Assembly: GCA_964016885.1 (NCBI GenBank)
Contig: OZ024743.1
Coordinates: 49,042,001-49,106,000, forward strand
Direction: 5' to 3'
Length of the DNA: 64,000 bases
Source: Eledone cirrhosa
Taxonomy: Eukaryota
A program made the translations under genes and the position numbers. Positions 49,807 through 62,533 of this stretch are shown here, piece by piece. Every line of letters starts with the position of its first letter. Within the stretch, counting starts at the first letter, position 1. The notes below the pieces were generated by a model, which was not told where the DNA came from, searched no databases, and saw only the letters and a program-made list of their open reading frames with translations.

Positions 49807-49876
49807 GATTAAAGTTTAAGCAAAGAATCGCTGCTTTCCCCCTTAATGGGATCTTCTGAAACTAACAAAGTCAATC
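49807..49876 (-). ncRNA. Variant hammerhead (U4>A) in the PLE pseudo-LTR
   Basis: gattga..agttt-CAGAAGA-tccc attaa gggg-GAA-AGCA gcgattctt TGCT-T-aaact ttaatc; the mirror copy at ~52841-52910 (+) has U16.1>G. Confidence 0.6.
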
Positions 49877-50246
49877 TCTGAACGCAGAAGTGAATATTTT
49901 TTAAAAAGTTGCTACCGGAGGAAGACAGGAAGACGATACTTTGGTTCGTGGAAACGTTCTCTGACAAAGAACGGGAAAAAACGAATATAAAACGTCATTA
50001 TTTGGAGCGGTGAAAAACAATTATACGCAAAGACAAAACCACGTTTATGGTATAAAAGAAGTCGTAGACTAATATTCTATTAGGTGGTTCATCGAGACAT
50101 TCTCTGGCAATGAACGGAAAAAACGAAGATAATACGTCATATGTGGGGCGGGGAGAACAATTGCACGCAAATGGTATAACTGAGGTCGTAGACTAAAATT
50201 CTAACTAGGAAACTGAATGATTTTCGGCTTCAGAGTTAAGAATAAA

Positions 50247-52064
50247 GTAGCGAAAAGAATGGGTATGCATGTAAAGACGCTGCTTGAATCTATTGGCGGT
50301 TACCCCTATGTAGGCCCTACGGGATGTGGGTGTTTCAACCTTACATTTGTAGACAATGTTACTAGAGAGGCATTTCCTGGATGGGGGCAGTCAACCCGAT
50401 TCCTACAATTACAGGGTTGCACGTGTTCCTACGGCAAGGTAGTTTAGCTAAATTTGAAGCTGTGATGTTATGTGCAAGGTTAGGAGTCCTAGAGTAAGAA
50501 ATAGTATTTCTATTAAAAATGTTACTATATTTATGTGTAGGGGGAAAATGCTTCATAATAAGGGAGAGAAAGATCTTAGCTAATGGTGTGGCCACCTCCA
50601 TATTATATTGTGGGTTATACCATATAATGCGTCGGGATCTATTTCTTCTAGGTCTATTCTCGTACTCTGTATATGCTACCTTATCGACAAATCCACTCCG
50701 AGCAAGAGCTTCATTGTAATGTGTGGAATGCTCGTTAGTAGATAGACAGGAAAGCCTCAAAGAAACGTTTCTTACCAGGTTCTTGGTTATGCTGTCAGGA
50801 TGGTTAGAATGCTTACTTATGTAATTAAGCGTATCATTCGGCTTTCTATACGGGTAATGCAAGTCATTCGATAAATTGAGGGTAACGTCGAGGTAATTAA
50901 CAACCGAGAGGTTGGCCTCAACCTGTATGGAGAGGTTGAAGCCTTTAAGAAGGCTGTGAGTTCTTTTCTGAACCTGTCGCAAGCATGTGGGTCGCATTTA
51001 GTCATGGTCAAAAGACCATCATCATGGTACAAACCACCGCCCACGTTGGGGAATTCTTCCTTGATGGAGAAAAGAAGGTAAAGGCCGATAAGATCAGTAA
51101 CCTCTGCAGAATCGCTGGCGCCCATACTCCCGTCGAATGGGGTACTATTAGATTTTTTAATCCAAATAGAGTCGTCGAAATTAATCACCAACATACGGGC
51201 ATTGAGGATGACATCAACTTCGAAATCCTTAACCACTGTGAGTGTTTTAGCGAAATTGATAGCTCTAAGGAGAAGTGGTAAAGTGATGGAGGAGTAGTAA
51301 TTATTGATGTCGAATTGGATAAAACGGCAATGTTCCTTGTTGCATATGTCGTTGAACCAATCAATCACCGCGAAAGAATTGTTCCACAGTGCAAGAGGGG
51401 CCAAACTTCTAATTTCAGGTATAATTCTATCAAGAATCCTTTTACTAAGTCTACCTAAATCGGACTTTGTAAGGTTAATAAGCCGAATAGAGGGGTTGTT
51501 CGGAAAATTGGATTTGTGATCCTTCAGGGTAAAGTGGGGAGAAATAGGGTCCAGAGGTTCAGCCCGGTCCAGGATGTTGAGATAGGAGGTGATTTTAAAC
51601 CCAGCATCGTTGATTTCATTAATAATGCTCCGATTAGTTTTAAGGTAATCCTTAGTTACAGCCTTATGTAGCAGTTGATGGTAAGTACTGCGCTCCACTT
51701 GATATAGGTTGCCAGTTTTGTCGGAATGGACGTGCACGGCATTAGAATCCTTTATAGAACAAATTCTATTCTTCAGGTCCTGCTGGAAGGAATTGCTCCT
51801 ATTCCGAAATTTGATACTCCGTATGAGTTCCAAGACATCATTTTCGAAGGGTAGCAATGCTGGGTTACTCGGAGGGTTATTATAGGTTTTAAACCAAAAT
51901 TTATCCTGTTTGTTGTCTGCTTTTCCCTGATTATCGAAATAAAAGGCACGCCAACGCAACCTTTTAATGAACGCGTCTGATTTCTGTATCAGGAGTTTTA
52001 GGTATGTTTTCCTGCTTGGTACGGGTATGTTCTTTGTAGAAATATTCAGATGTTGTTTCTGCAT
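50247..52064 (-). pseudogene. PLE RT + N-half of GIY-YIG ORF, frameshifted
   Basis: ORFs 50817-52064 and 50362-50997 plus shifted frames CNCRNRVDCPHPG / CLSSNIVYKCKV...AYIGVTANRFKQRLYMHTHSFRY. Confidence 0.88.
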
Positions 52065-52229
52065 GATGAATATAAGTTAATAGAGTGCTCAACCGAGGGA
52101 GCCAAATTATTATTATTATTATCATCATTTTACGTCCGCTTTTCCCTGCTTGCAAGGGTGGGACGGAAACTGATTCTGGCTTGATTTCTACAGCTGGATG
52201 CCCTTCCTAACACCAACCTCATTTACAGT

Positions 52230-52421
52230 TTGTTTAAAATGTGGTCTTTGGCATAGAGTATTTCCAGGGCCTCAGCGGCGCAGAGGTCACATGGTCTTTT
52301 ATTTCCGTTATACGATCTAGCCCTAGCTAGGATCTCCCAGTGTAACTTATATTGGGTGTGGTTGTCTTTTAGACTCCATAATATAAGCTGAAAGTGATGT
52401 CATATTCCTTCTTAAAGGGTA
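52230..52421 (-). pseudogene. PLE GIY-YIG C-terminal half located upstream of the ORF start
   Basis: YPLRRNMTSLSAYI/WSLKDNHTQYKLHWEILARARSYNGNKRPCDLCAAEALEILYAKDHILNK; cut at 52229 by a SINE A tail (52108-52229). Confidence 0.8.
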
Positions 52422-53017
52422 TGGATGCGTGTATGTATTTATTTAATTTACCTCTGTATTTTATTTACTTTATTCTTAACTATGAAGCCGAGAATCATTC
52501 GGTTTCCTAGTTAGAATTCAGTTATACCATTTACGTGGTTTTGTCTTTGCGTGCAATTGTTCTCCCCGCTCCACATATGACGTATTATCTTCGCTTTTTC
52601 CGTTCATTGCCAGAGAACGTCTCTATGAACCACCTAATAGAATATTAGTCTTCGACTTCTTTTATACCATAAACATGGTTTTGTCTTTGCGTGTAATTGT
52701 TTTTCACCGCTCCAAATAATGACGTATTATATTCGTTTTTCCCCGTTCTTTGCCAGGGAACGTTTCCACGAACCAAAGTATCGTCTTCCTGTCTTCTTCC
52801 GATTGCAACTTTTTTTGAAATATTCACTTCTGCGTTCACAGATTGACTTTGTTAGTTTCAGAAGATCCCGTTAAGGGTGAAAGCAGCGATTCTTTGCGTA
52901 AACTTTAATCTGTTATTTTAATAAATATTTGCTCTACGGTTCTTATATATTTGATATATATTTATCCTTATCGAGCCCTCTTTGGATTTTAGTCTTCAAA
53001 TTTATTATTATTACTAT

Positions 53018-53365
53018 GGAGGCACATGGCTCAGTGGTTAGAGCATTGGCCTTGCAATCGAAAGGTTGTGAGTTCAATTCTCAGACTGGGTGATGTGTTG
53101 TTTCCTTGAGCAAGACACTTTATTTCACATTGCTCCAGTTTACTCAGCTGTAGAAATGAGATGATAGGGACTGGGGTCCATATCATTCCACTGCAAAGTG
53201 GTCATGGAGGTGCCACGGCAAAAAAGCACCCAGCACTCACTGTAAATGGGGTTGGTGTTAGGAAGGGCATCCAGCTGTAGAAATCAAGCCAGAATCAGTT
53301 CCCGTCCCACCCTTGCAAGCAGGGAAAAGTGGACGTAAAATGAAATGAAAATGAAAATGATGATA
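53018..53365 (+). mobile_element. CORE-type SINE A
   Basis: Full copy directly after the PLE inverted repeat. Confidence 0.9.
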
Positions 53366-53369
53366 TATA

Positions 53370-55092
53370 TATCATCATCAGGTTTAGCGTCCGTGTTCCA
53401 CGCTTGCATGGGTTTGGACGGGGGTTTTCCCACTTGAGGCAAGAGTGGTTGTCTTGCTCGCATAGGACTGTCTGGCGGGTTTTCTACAGTTGGATGCCCT
53501 TCCTAACACCAACCACATTTACAGTGTGGGGCTGGGAGGTTTTTACCGTGTTGCCTACACGGCCACATTACAGCGTGGACTGTCTGGCGGGTTTTCTACA
53601 GCTGGATGCCCTTCCTAACACCAACCACATTTACAGTGTGGGGCTGGGAGGTTTTTACCGTGTTGCCTACACGGCCACATTTACAGCGTGGACTGTGTGT
53701 TTTTTGTCGTGACACCTACACGATCTCATTTGTTTCGGCCTGGATGTTGTGGGACCAACATAACTTTACATTGAAAGGGGCGGTGTGGGTGGGGTGGAGG
53801 GTGGTGGGACGGGGGTGTGTTTTGATAGAGATGCCTACTGACTGTAGTAGGTTTTTACTTTGTATTTAGGTAAGGCGGGTCTTCTCTATTACTGAGTACC
53901 GCCAAAGGTCTCGGTCCAGTGACATTGTCTTGGAGAGGTGTAAGCGTGTGAGGTCGGAATTTATCAGCTCGTCCCATGTTTTTCTGGGTCTGCCTACTCC
54001 GTGGCTACCGTCTATCTTTATTGCCCTGCACTTTGTTATACAGCTGTCGTCTTTCATGCGCATCACGTGACCGTACCAACGTAGCCTTCTCTCGAGTAAA
54101 CAACATCTGATCCCTCTTATTTCTAATTTTTTTCTTAGTTCGTTTATGCTTTGCCGTTCACGTATATTACTATTGCACATCCAGCGGAGCATGCAAGCTT
54201 CGTTCCTCTCTAGTCTGCGTATATCCTCTGCACACAATGCCCAGGTCTCACTGCCATGCAGCATTGCTGTTCGTATGCAGGCATCGTATAACCTGCCTTT
54301 CATTTTTAGGGAGAACCCTCTAGCGGCTAATAGTGGTATAAGCTCTCTGAACTTTTTCCATCCAGTTCTGACTCTAGCTACTGTACTTTCAGAGCACCCT
54401 CCCCCACTGCTGATTTTGTCACCCAGATAACGGAAGCTGTCCACTATTTCTATAGAACCCTCTGCGCAGTTGAAGGAGCTAGTATTTTGTGGGCACTTGC
54501 TGCTACTTATTGCACCAGAGCACCGGCCACATGTAAAATCTATGTTCTTAGTTAGCTTACCTGTGATCCCACTACATCTTTTATGCACCCATACTTTGCA
54601 TTTGGGACATAAAATGGAGTTTCTACCTACGCCTTTCCTACACACTGAGCATGGCCATTTCCCCGATGGGACCGCCGCCTTATTTTCTTTCCTACAAACT
54701 AGAACTTTAGTCTTAGCCAGGTTAATTTTAAGGCCTTTTGATTCTAGGCCGTGCTTCCACGTTTGGAATTTCTTCTCTAGTTCGGTCATTGATTCAGCTA
54801 TGAGCGTTAGATCATCTGCGTATAGGAGTTCCCATGGGCAGCCGGTCTTGAACTCCTCTGTTATAGCCTGAAGGGCAATAATAAATAGTAGGGGGCTAAG
54901 AACAGAGCCCTGATGGACACCAACTTTTACGCTAAACTCTTCACTATATTCGTTGTCAATTCTAACCTTACTGACTGTTTCTTTATACATGGCTTGTATA
55001 GCTCTCACAAGCCATTCGTCAACACCTAGTTTTCTAAGAGACCACCAGATAATGGAACGGGGGACTCTGTCGAAGGCTTTCTCCAAGTCGAC
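53370..55092 (-). mobile_element. Young RTE family A, 5'-truncated; ~110-bp tandem duplication in the 3'UTR
   Basis: 406-aa ORF 53866-55086 almost identical to 47006-48715; 53466-53576 repeated at 53577-53690. Confidence 0.95.
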
Positions 55093-55109
55093 GATATATA
55101 TATACGTAT

Positions 55110-58100
55110 GTGTGCTACATGCATGAGATGGAGAGGTGCCTCTGCAAGACTAATCGCAGGCAAACATCTTGGTTATAAGCTTTTCTGGGTAGGTAAGGAT
55201 GATGGGTTAGGTGGAGTAGGCATTTTACTGGCTGAGAGATGGATCGATAAGACAATGGAGGTAGTTAGAGTTAGTAATAGAATAATTAAGCTTAGATTAG
55301 TTGTAGGGAGGAGACTGCTGACAATCATCTCTGCCTATGCTCCCCAGGCAGGCCTAGGTAAAGAAGTGAAAGACTGCTTTTAGAAGCAACTTTTAGAAAC
55401 AGCCACAATGACAGAGGACGGAGACATCGTTATGCTAGCAGCGGACTTCAATGGTTATGTTGGGCAGCTCCAGGATGGATACACTGGGGTACACGGAGAA
55501 GGAGTGAGGCTTCTTGAATTTTGTGATGCAAGTGCACTAACCATTTGCAACACTAACTTCAAGAAACCTACCAACCACCTAATAACCTACAAATCTGGCG
55601 AGCACATAAATCAAATTGACTTCTTGCTATTTAGGCATCGAGACAAACAGATGGTGGCAAATACTAAGACATACCCCAAGGAAGAATGTACCCCACAGCA
55701 TAAATTAGTCGTTAGTGACATTTCAGTAAGCAAGAGACAAAATGAGACATACAGGAAGTTGTGGAAAAGAAAGGTTTGGAAGCTAAAAGACCTTTCACTA
55801 AAATATAAATTTAGGAAAGCCCTTCAAGATGTGTATGATGAAAAAGAAGACGATTTAGAGTTGTATGACATAGATGATAACTGGAATTTCTTACGTGACA
55901 ACTTACTGTAGGCTACTGATGAAACTTGTGGCTGGAGCAGAGCTCCAACCAGACAGGGATTGACCTGGTGGTGGAACAGCACGGTAGATACGGCTATTAG
56001 AGACAAAAGACTAGCTTGGAAGGCTTGGGAAAATGGTGGGAGTAGAGATGGATATACAGCCGCTAGACTTCAGATGTACTTAGCACGCAGGGAGGCTGAG
56101 AGTAAGAGATTTGCTAATGTTCTGCGACTGGAAGATCAGATATGTGCGGTGTTCCGCATTGCAGGCGGTGTATCAGTGTAAATTAGGATGTTGTTGGAGA
56201 TAAATGTGTCCGGAATGATGCTGGTGTACTTAGTGTCACCAATGATCAGAAAAAGGAGGCCTGGAAATGTCATTATGAGAGACTGATGAATGTGGGGAAC
56301 GAATGGGAGAGAAAGAGAATTTACCTCCAGTAGACCCGAGAGAGGGACCAGCTATTCAGATTGACAAATATAGGGTCCAAGAGGCAATTAAAAAGATGAC
56401 AAATGGTAAGGCCACTGGACCGTCAGGGATAGTTGCTGAGATGCTGAAGGCATCAGGGGATGTAGGCACTAAACTGGTTGCACGCATCATCAATCAAGCT
56501 ATATATGGCAGTGTCATACCCAAAGACTGGTCCAGCACTATTCTCATAAATATCTACAAAAGTAAAGGTGATGCTCTGGAGAGGAGCAATTATAGGGGCA
56601 TAAAGCTGATGGATCAGGTTATGAAAGTGGCAGAGAGAATATTAGCGCAACTCAGACCAGGTGATGTGTTGTTTCCTTGAGCAAGACACTTTATTTCACA
56701 TTGCTCCAGTTTACTCAGCTGTAGAAATGAGATGATAGGGACTGGGGTCCATATCACTCCACTGCAAAGTGGACATGGAGGTGCCACGGCAAAAAAGCAC
56801 CCAGCACTCACTCTAAATGAGGTTGGTGTTAGGAAGGGCATCCAGCTGTAGAAATCAAGCCAGAATCAGTCCCGTCCCACCCTTGCAAGCAGGGAAAAGC
56901 GGACGTAAAATGACGATGATGATGATGAATTAGAGAAAGGGTAAAATTAGATGAGATGCAGTTTGGTTTTGTGCCTAGGAAAAGTACAACAGATGCCCTC
57001 TTCTTAGTGAGACAACTACAAGAGAGGTTCTTAGAGAAGAATAAGCCACTATACTTAGCTTTTGTTGACCTAGAGAAGGCCTTTGATAGAGTACCTCGAT
57101 CTGTCATCTTGTGGTCCCTAAGGAAACTAGATGTAGAGGAATGGCTTGTGAGGACAGTGCAAGCTATGTACAGGGTTCGGTCCTCAGCCTGCTCTTGTTC
57201 ATTATAGTCCTCCAAGCCATAACAGAGGAGTTTAAGACTGGCTGTCCATGGGAACTTCTCTATGCTGACGATCTGGTTCTTATAGCAGAATCAGTAGAGG
57301 AGCTAGAGAAGAAATTCTGGCTATGGAAACAGCAGTTGGCATCAAGAGGACTGAGAGTGAACATAGCTAAGACATAACTCTTGATAAGTAGTAAAGAGTA
57401 CAAAACTCTGACACCATCAGGGAAATGGCCATGTTCGATGTGTAGACTGGCATAAATTCTATAAAATGTTCACAATGCAGATCTTGGGTGCAGAAGGGAT
57501 GTAGTGGGATAGCAGGCAAACTAACATGTAGGGAAATTTGACAGTAGTAATCGCATTGATAGACACATTTTTCAAATGCAGGTGGGTTCTATAGAAGTGG
57601 TTGATAGCTTCCGGCACCTAGGTGATCAGATTAACATGGCGCGGGGGGGCTTCCTAGGCCATAGTATCTAGAATAAGGACGGGTTAGAAGAAGTTTAGGG
57701 AGCTGCTTCTTCTGTTGACAAAGAAGGATTTCTCCCTGTGTACAAAAGGCCAGTTATATGATGCCTGTGTGAGATGCGCGATGCTGCATGGTAGTGAGAC
57801 TTGGGCAATAATTACAAAGGATATACAACGACTGGAGAGAAATGAAGCAAGCTTGCTCCGTTGGATGTGCAATGTCAATGCGTGTGAACGACCAAGTATA
57901 GATGAGTTGAGAGAGAAACTGTGTATAAGAGGGATGAGTTGTGGTGTACGGCAGAGAAGACTGAAATGGTATGAACATGTGATACGCATGGAGGATGACC
58001 GTTGGGTAAAGAAGTGCCAAGAAATCCCAGTAGAAGGAAGATGCAGTAGAAGAAGACCACGCAAAACATGGGCGGAGGTGGTGAGAGCAGACCTCAGATC

Positions 58101-58212
58101 GCTAAGCTCACGAAGGAAATGGCGAAGGACTGTGACAAGTGAAGAGATTCTGTGCTGAATAGGACCCGTCCAACCCTTGCAAGCAGAGAAAAGCGGACGT
58201 AAAATGATGATG
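55110..58212 (+). mobile_element. RTE family C near-full-length relic interrupted by a SINE A (56652-56927)
   Basis: APE (YAPQ, ADFNG, QIDF), RT split at ...LAQL|IRERV, YADD, family-C tail. Confidence 0.9.
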
Positions 58213-58228
58213 ATTATATATATGTATA

Positions 58229-58290
<62 letters not shown>

Positions 58291-58293
<3 letters not shown>

Positions 58294-59968
58294 AGACCTG
58301 CCAACCGCTTTCTCCACACTTATGATCTTCTCTATCAGTGCCTCCTCTCTGGCCTCAGTGTAAGCGGTACAGAGTTCTTCCTTCATCACCTCCACATTCT
58401 CTTTCCTCTCCTTCGTAGGATCAGCATAGAATTGGTCCTTGGCAGCTTTCAGGTGTTCTCTGGCTGCACACACTTTTGGGTCTGCAGAGCTGACGTACTT
58501 CCTTTTGTTCTTTCTCCTCGGCACCAGGGTCTCACTTGCTTCCGCCACTGCATTCGTGAAGTACCCGTATCTCCTCGTCACACTCTCCTTAATCCCTTGA
58601 CACAGAGCACTGAACCTGTTCCTCACTTTTACTGTGAACCTCTCCTGTAGCTGATCACCTTCTTGAAAGCTCCCCAGTCATAGATTCCTCTCCTGGGCTG
58701 AGCCGTGCCTTTTCTCAAGCTCACCCGGACCTCACTCATAACAAGCCGGTGGTCACTGCTCAGTGTACTATTCCGCCACTTTTCCTCACCAGAATGAAAT
58801 CAATCTGGGACTTAGACAGGTGCATATCTGAGATGTAGGTCCACATCTTCCCCTGATTCTTCCTATATCTTAGGTTGGTTACTATCAAGTTCGGTTCCAG
58901 CAGGATCTCTCTCGGTAGTCTTCCATTTCGGTTGGTGTTGTTATGGAAGTACCAGCATCCTTACTCAGATGTGCATTGAAGTCCCCCAGAACAAGCAGGA
59001 TGTTGTGAGCTTGTGTGGTGTTGACAGCTCTACACACCTCCTCATGGAACTCTTCCGCACTCACATCACTGTCTCCCTCGGTTGGACTATAGGCTGAGAT
59101 GACTGTCAGTCTTGGGGTTTCCATTGAAGGTCACCCTCACACTCACGGAGAGACAGGCATTATTTCCTTCACCAATAGACTGGTTTTTGCGCTGAAAACA
59201 AAACCCACTCCTTCTACTGCAGCATTGGTCATGTTCTTCACTGCAGATGTGGTGATGAGCTGGATCCTGTGTTGTTGGAGCGCAAGTATCTGTATACCAC
59301 TCTCCTCAAACAGACGACCCAACTCCTCCCTCTTAACCAGCGTCCGAACAGCCCTCACATTCAAAGTGCCCATTTTGATGACTCTTCTGCAGGACAAAAC
59401 TGTATTCTTTATATTTGTCTCAGAGACAACTGATCCATCATCCACTGGCCCTCCCTGTGGCACTAAGCTAGCAGAGTCATAATAACCAGACTGCTCCTAG
59501 ACAGTGTAATTAGGGACTCTAACCCTAGTGCACTCGAATTAGGTAATTATTTAACCCATAAATGGGGCCCTAACAGGTACTACTACTCCGGGCCAGAGCA
59601 GACCTGGGAGGTATGACAACTAAGGGGTAACTCCACATTCCCCACAGCTCTTGAACTCAAAAACTGGAGCCTTGCCACTGGATATAGTTTAATGTCATAC
59701 CCACGAGCCTCCCAAAAGCCAGCTCAAAAGTGACACAGAGGAGACTGAGATTAGCTGGACATCCAGAGTTGACACTGCACTCAGTGCTCCTGTGGGAGCC
59801 CCTGCATGCATAGACACACTGGAAGAGGAAGACCGAGGTTCACATATGTTGATGCCTTAAGGACAGACACCGGTCTCTTGAAGATGCAGGACATGGCAGC
59901 GATAATGAGGGACAGAGACCGTTGGAGAGAACTTGTCCATGGATCTCGGGAATTTTACCCGCCCTAGA
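58291..59968. mobile_element. RTE-like family D: inverted 5' part (58291-59710 -) joined to 3' end (59715-59968 +)
   Basis: Minus: GTLNVR, ILALQQHR, GVGF, ISAYSPT, LGDFNAHL; plus: RRLRLAG...GRGRP; (TA)n on both sides. Confidence 0.7.
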
Positions 59969-60007
59969 TATATGTATATATATATGTATATGTATATATA
60001 TGTATAT

Positions 60008-61038
60008 ATCATCATCATCACCGTTTTACGTCCGTTCTTCCATGCTAGCATGGGTTAGACGGGCTGTCCTGTTGTGGGCAGTGTCTGGTCGGCTGACCAT
60101 GCCTTGCTCATACAGGAACTGATTTTGGCTTAATTTCTACAGCTGGATGCCCTTCCTAACACCAACCTCATTTACAGTGAGTGCTGGGTGCTTTTTCCGT
60201 GGCCCCTACATGTCCACTTTACAGTGTGGGCTGGGTGCTTTTTTGCCGTGGCACCTCCACGACCACCTTGCAGTGGGAGGGTGTGGGGGCATATTGTCTA
60301 TATGCTTCAGCTTGTACCCATGGGAGGTCGGGTACTCTGTATTACTGCGTGACGCCAGAGGTCACGGTCGTGTGTCATCGCCTTTGAGAGGTGTAATTGG
60401 GTAAGGTCGGCTTTTATCACCTCATCCCAGGTTATCTTGGGTCTCCCCACTCCGCGGTTTCCATTGACTTCTAGTGCTCTGCACCTTTTTATCCAGCTGT
60501 CATCCTTCATACGCATCACATGTCCATACCAACGCAACCGCCTCTCCTGCACACAGCATTTGATTCCTCTTATGCTCAGTCTCTCTCTCAATTCATTTAT
60601 GCTTTGTCGTTCGCGTATATTACTATTACACATCCATCGGAGCATGCAGGCTTCGTTTCTTTCTAATCTACCATGTAACATTGCTGTTCGGATACACGCA
60701 TCATACAGTCTGCCTTTCATTTTGAGGGAGATACACACACATATATATATATGTGTGTGTGTATCATCATACGTCCGCTTTTCCCTGCTTGCAAGGCTTG
60801 ATTTCTACAGCTGGAAGCCCTTCCTAACACCAACCTACAGTGAGTGCTGGGTGCTTTTTTGCCGTGGCACCTCCACGACCACTTTGCAGTGGGGTCCCTA
60901 TCATCTCATTTCTACAGCTGAAGCAATGTGAAATAAAGTGTCTTGCTCAAGGAAACAACACATCACCTGGTCTGAGAATTGAACTCACAACCTTTCGATT
61001 GCAAGGCCAATGCTCTAACCACTAAGCCATGTGTCTCC

Positions 61039-61039
<1 letters not shown>
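60008..61039 (-). mobile_element. RTE family B 3' end (60008-60730) and internally deleted SINE A (60763-61039)
   Basis: ORF 60307-60738 ...QSTRPPMGTS*; SINE A head and core on minus. Confidence 0.88.
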
Positions 61040-61086
<47 letters not shown>

Positions 61087-61090
<4 letters not shown>

Positions 61091-62533
61091 CCTTCGACAG
61101 AGTCCCCCGTGCTGTAATCTGGTGGGCTCTTAGAAAATTAGGAGTAGATAAATGACTTGTGAAAGCAGTACAAACCATGTATAGGGGAGCAGTCAATAAA
61201 GTTAGAGTTAGCAATGACTATAGCGAGGAATTTAGCATACAGGTCGGTGTCTACCAGGGCTCTGTTCTTAGCCCGCTCCTGTTCATTATAGTTTTGCAGG
61301 CAATAACGGAGGAGTTTAAGACCAGATACCCATGGGAACTCCTATATGCAGATGATCTTGCACTTATAGCTGAATCCATGGTGGAACTCGAGAAGAAATT
61401 CCAAACATGGAAGCAGGGACTAGAAAGAAAGGGTCTCAAAGTCAACCTGACAAAGACTAAGGTTCTTGTAAGTAGACGAGAAAACAGAACCCAGATCCCC
61501 TCAGGGAAATGACCTTGCTCAGTAGGTAGGAACTCCATCCTCTGCCCCAAATGCAACAATGGGTACACAAGGGATGTAGTGGGATCTCAGGAAGCTTAAC
61601 TAAGAATGTAGGTTTCACATGTAGCAGCTGTGCTGGGAGGGCTCTGTAGAAACAGTAGACAGCTTCTGCTACCTAGGTGACCGAATTAGCAGCAGAGGTG
61701 GGTGTTCAGAAAGTACAATAACTAGGGTAAGAATGAGATGGAAGAAGTTCAGGGAGCTACTACCACTGCTAGCTGCAAAAGGCTTTTCCCTCAAAATGAA
61801 AGGCAGACTGTATGATGCGTGTATACGAACAGCAATGTTACATGGTAGTGAAACCTGGGCGCTGTCTGTAGAAGACTTGCGTAGATTAGGAAGAAACAAA
61901 GCTTGCATGCTCTGATGGATGTGTAATAATAATATACGCGAACGGCAAAGTATAGACGAATTGAGAGAGAGACTGTGCATAAGAGGAATCAAATGCTGTG
62001 TGCAGGAGAGGAGGTTACGTTGGTATGGACATGTGATGCATATGAAGGATGACAGCTGCATAAAAAGGTGCAGAGCACTAGAAGTCGATGGAAGCCGCGG
62101 AGTGGGAAGACCTGGGATGAGGTGATAAAGGCTGACTTTACCCAATTGCACCTCAAGAGCAATGACACACGACCGTGACCTCTGGCGTCACGCAGTAATA
62201 CAGAAGACCCCCACCCCCACACACCCACCCCCCACAGGAACAAGCCGAAGCTGAAGCATATAGACAATAAGGTCGTGGAGGTGCCACGGCAAAAAAGCAC
62301 CCAGCACTCACTGTAAAAGTGGACGTGTAGGCGCCACGGAAAAAAAGCACCCAGCACTCACTGTAAATGAGGTTGGTTTTAGGAAGGGCATCCAGCTGTA
62401 GAAATCAAACCAGAATCAGTTCCCGTATGAGCAAGACAAGGTCAGCCGACCGGACACTGCCCACAACAGGACAACCCGTCTAACTCATGCTAGCGTGGAA
62501 GAACGGACGTAAAACGGTGATGGTGACGATGAT
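61087..62533 (+). mobile_element. RTE family B, 5'-truncated
   Basis: [29 protein letters not shown]-type 3'UTR and tail. Confidence 0.9.

Larger units (their letters stand above)
49700..53017 (-). mobile_element. Penelope-like element (C-terminal GIY-YIG, possibly Hydra clade) with inverted pseudo-LTRs
   Basis: Inverted repeats 49700-50249 / 52466-53017; ORF from 52064: KNIPVP, RLRWRA, DKTGN, QFDINNYY, YHDDGL, YLDVTL, CNC-x5-CP, IVY...YIG. Confidence 0.88.

Noticed and set aside
59520-59710. HDV-like ribozyme at the RTE family D 5' end
   Set aside because: GGTATGAC/GTCATACC can pair, but the P1.1, P3 and catalytic C arrangement was not found.
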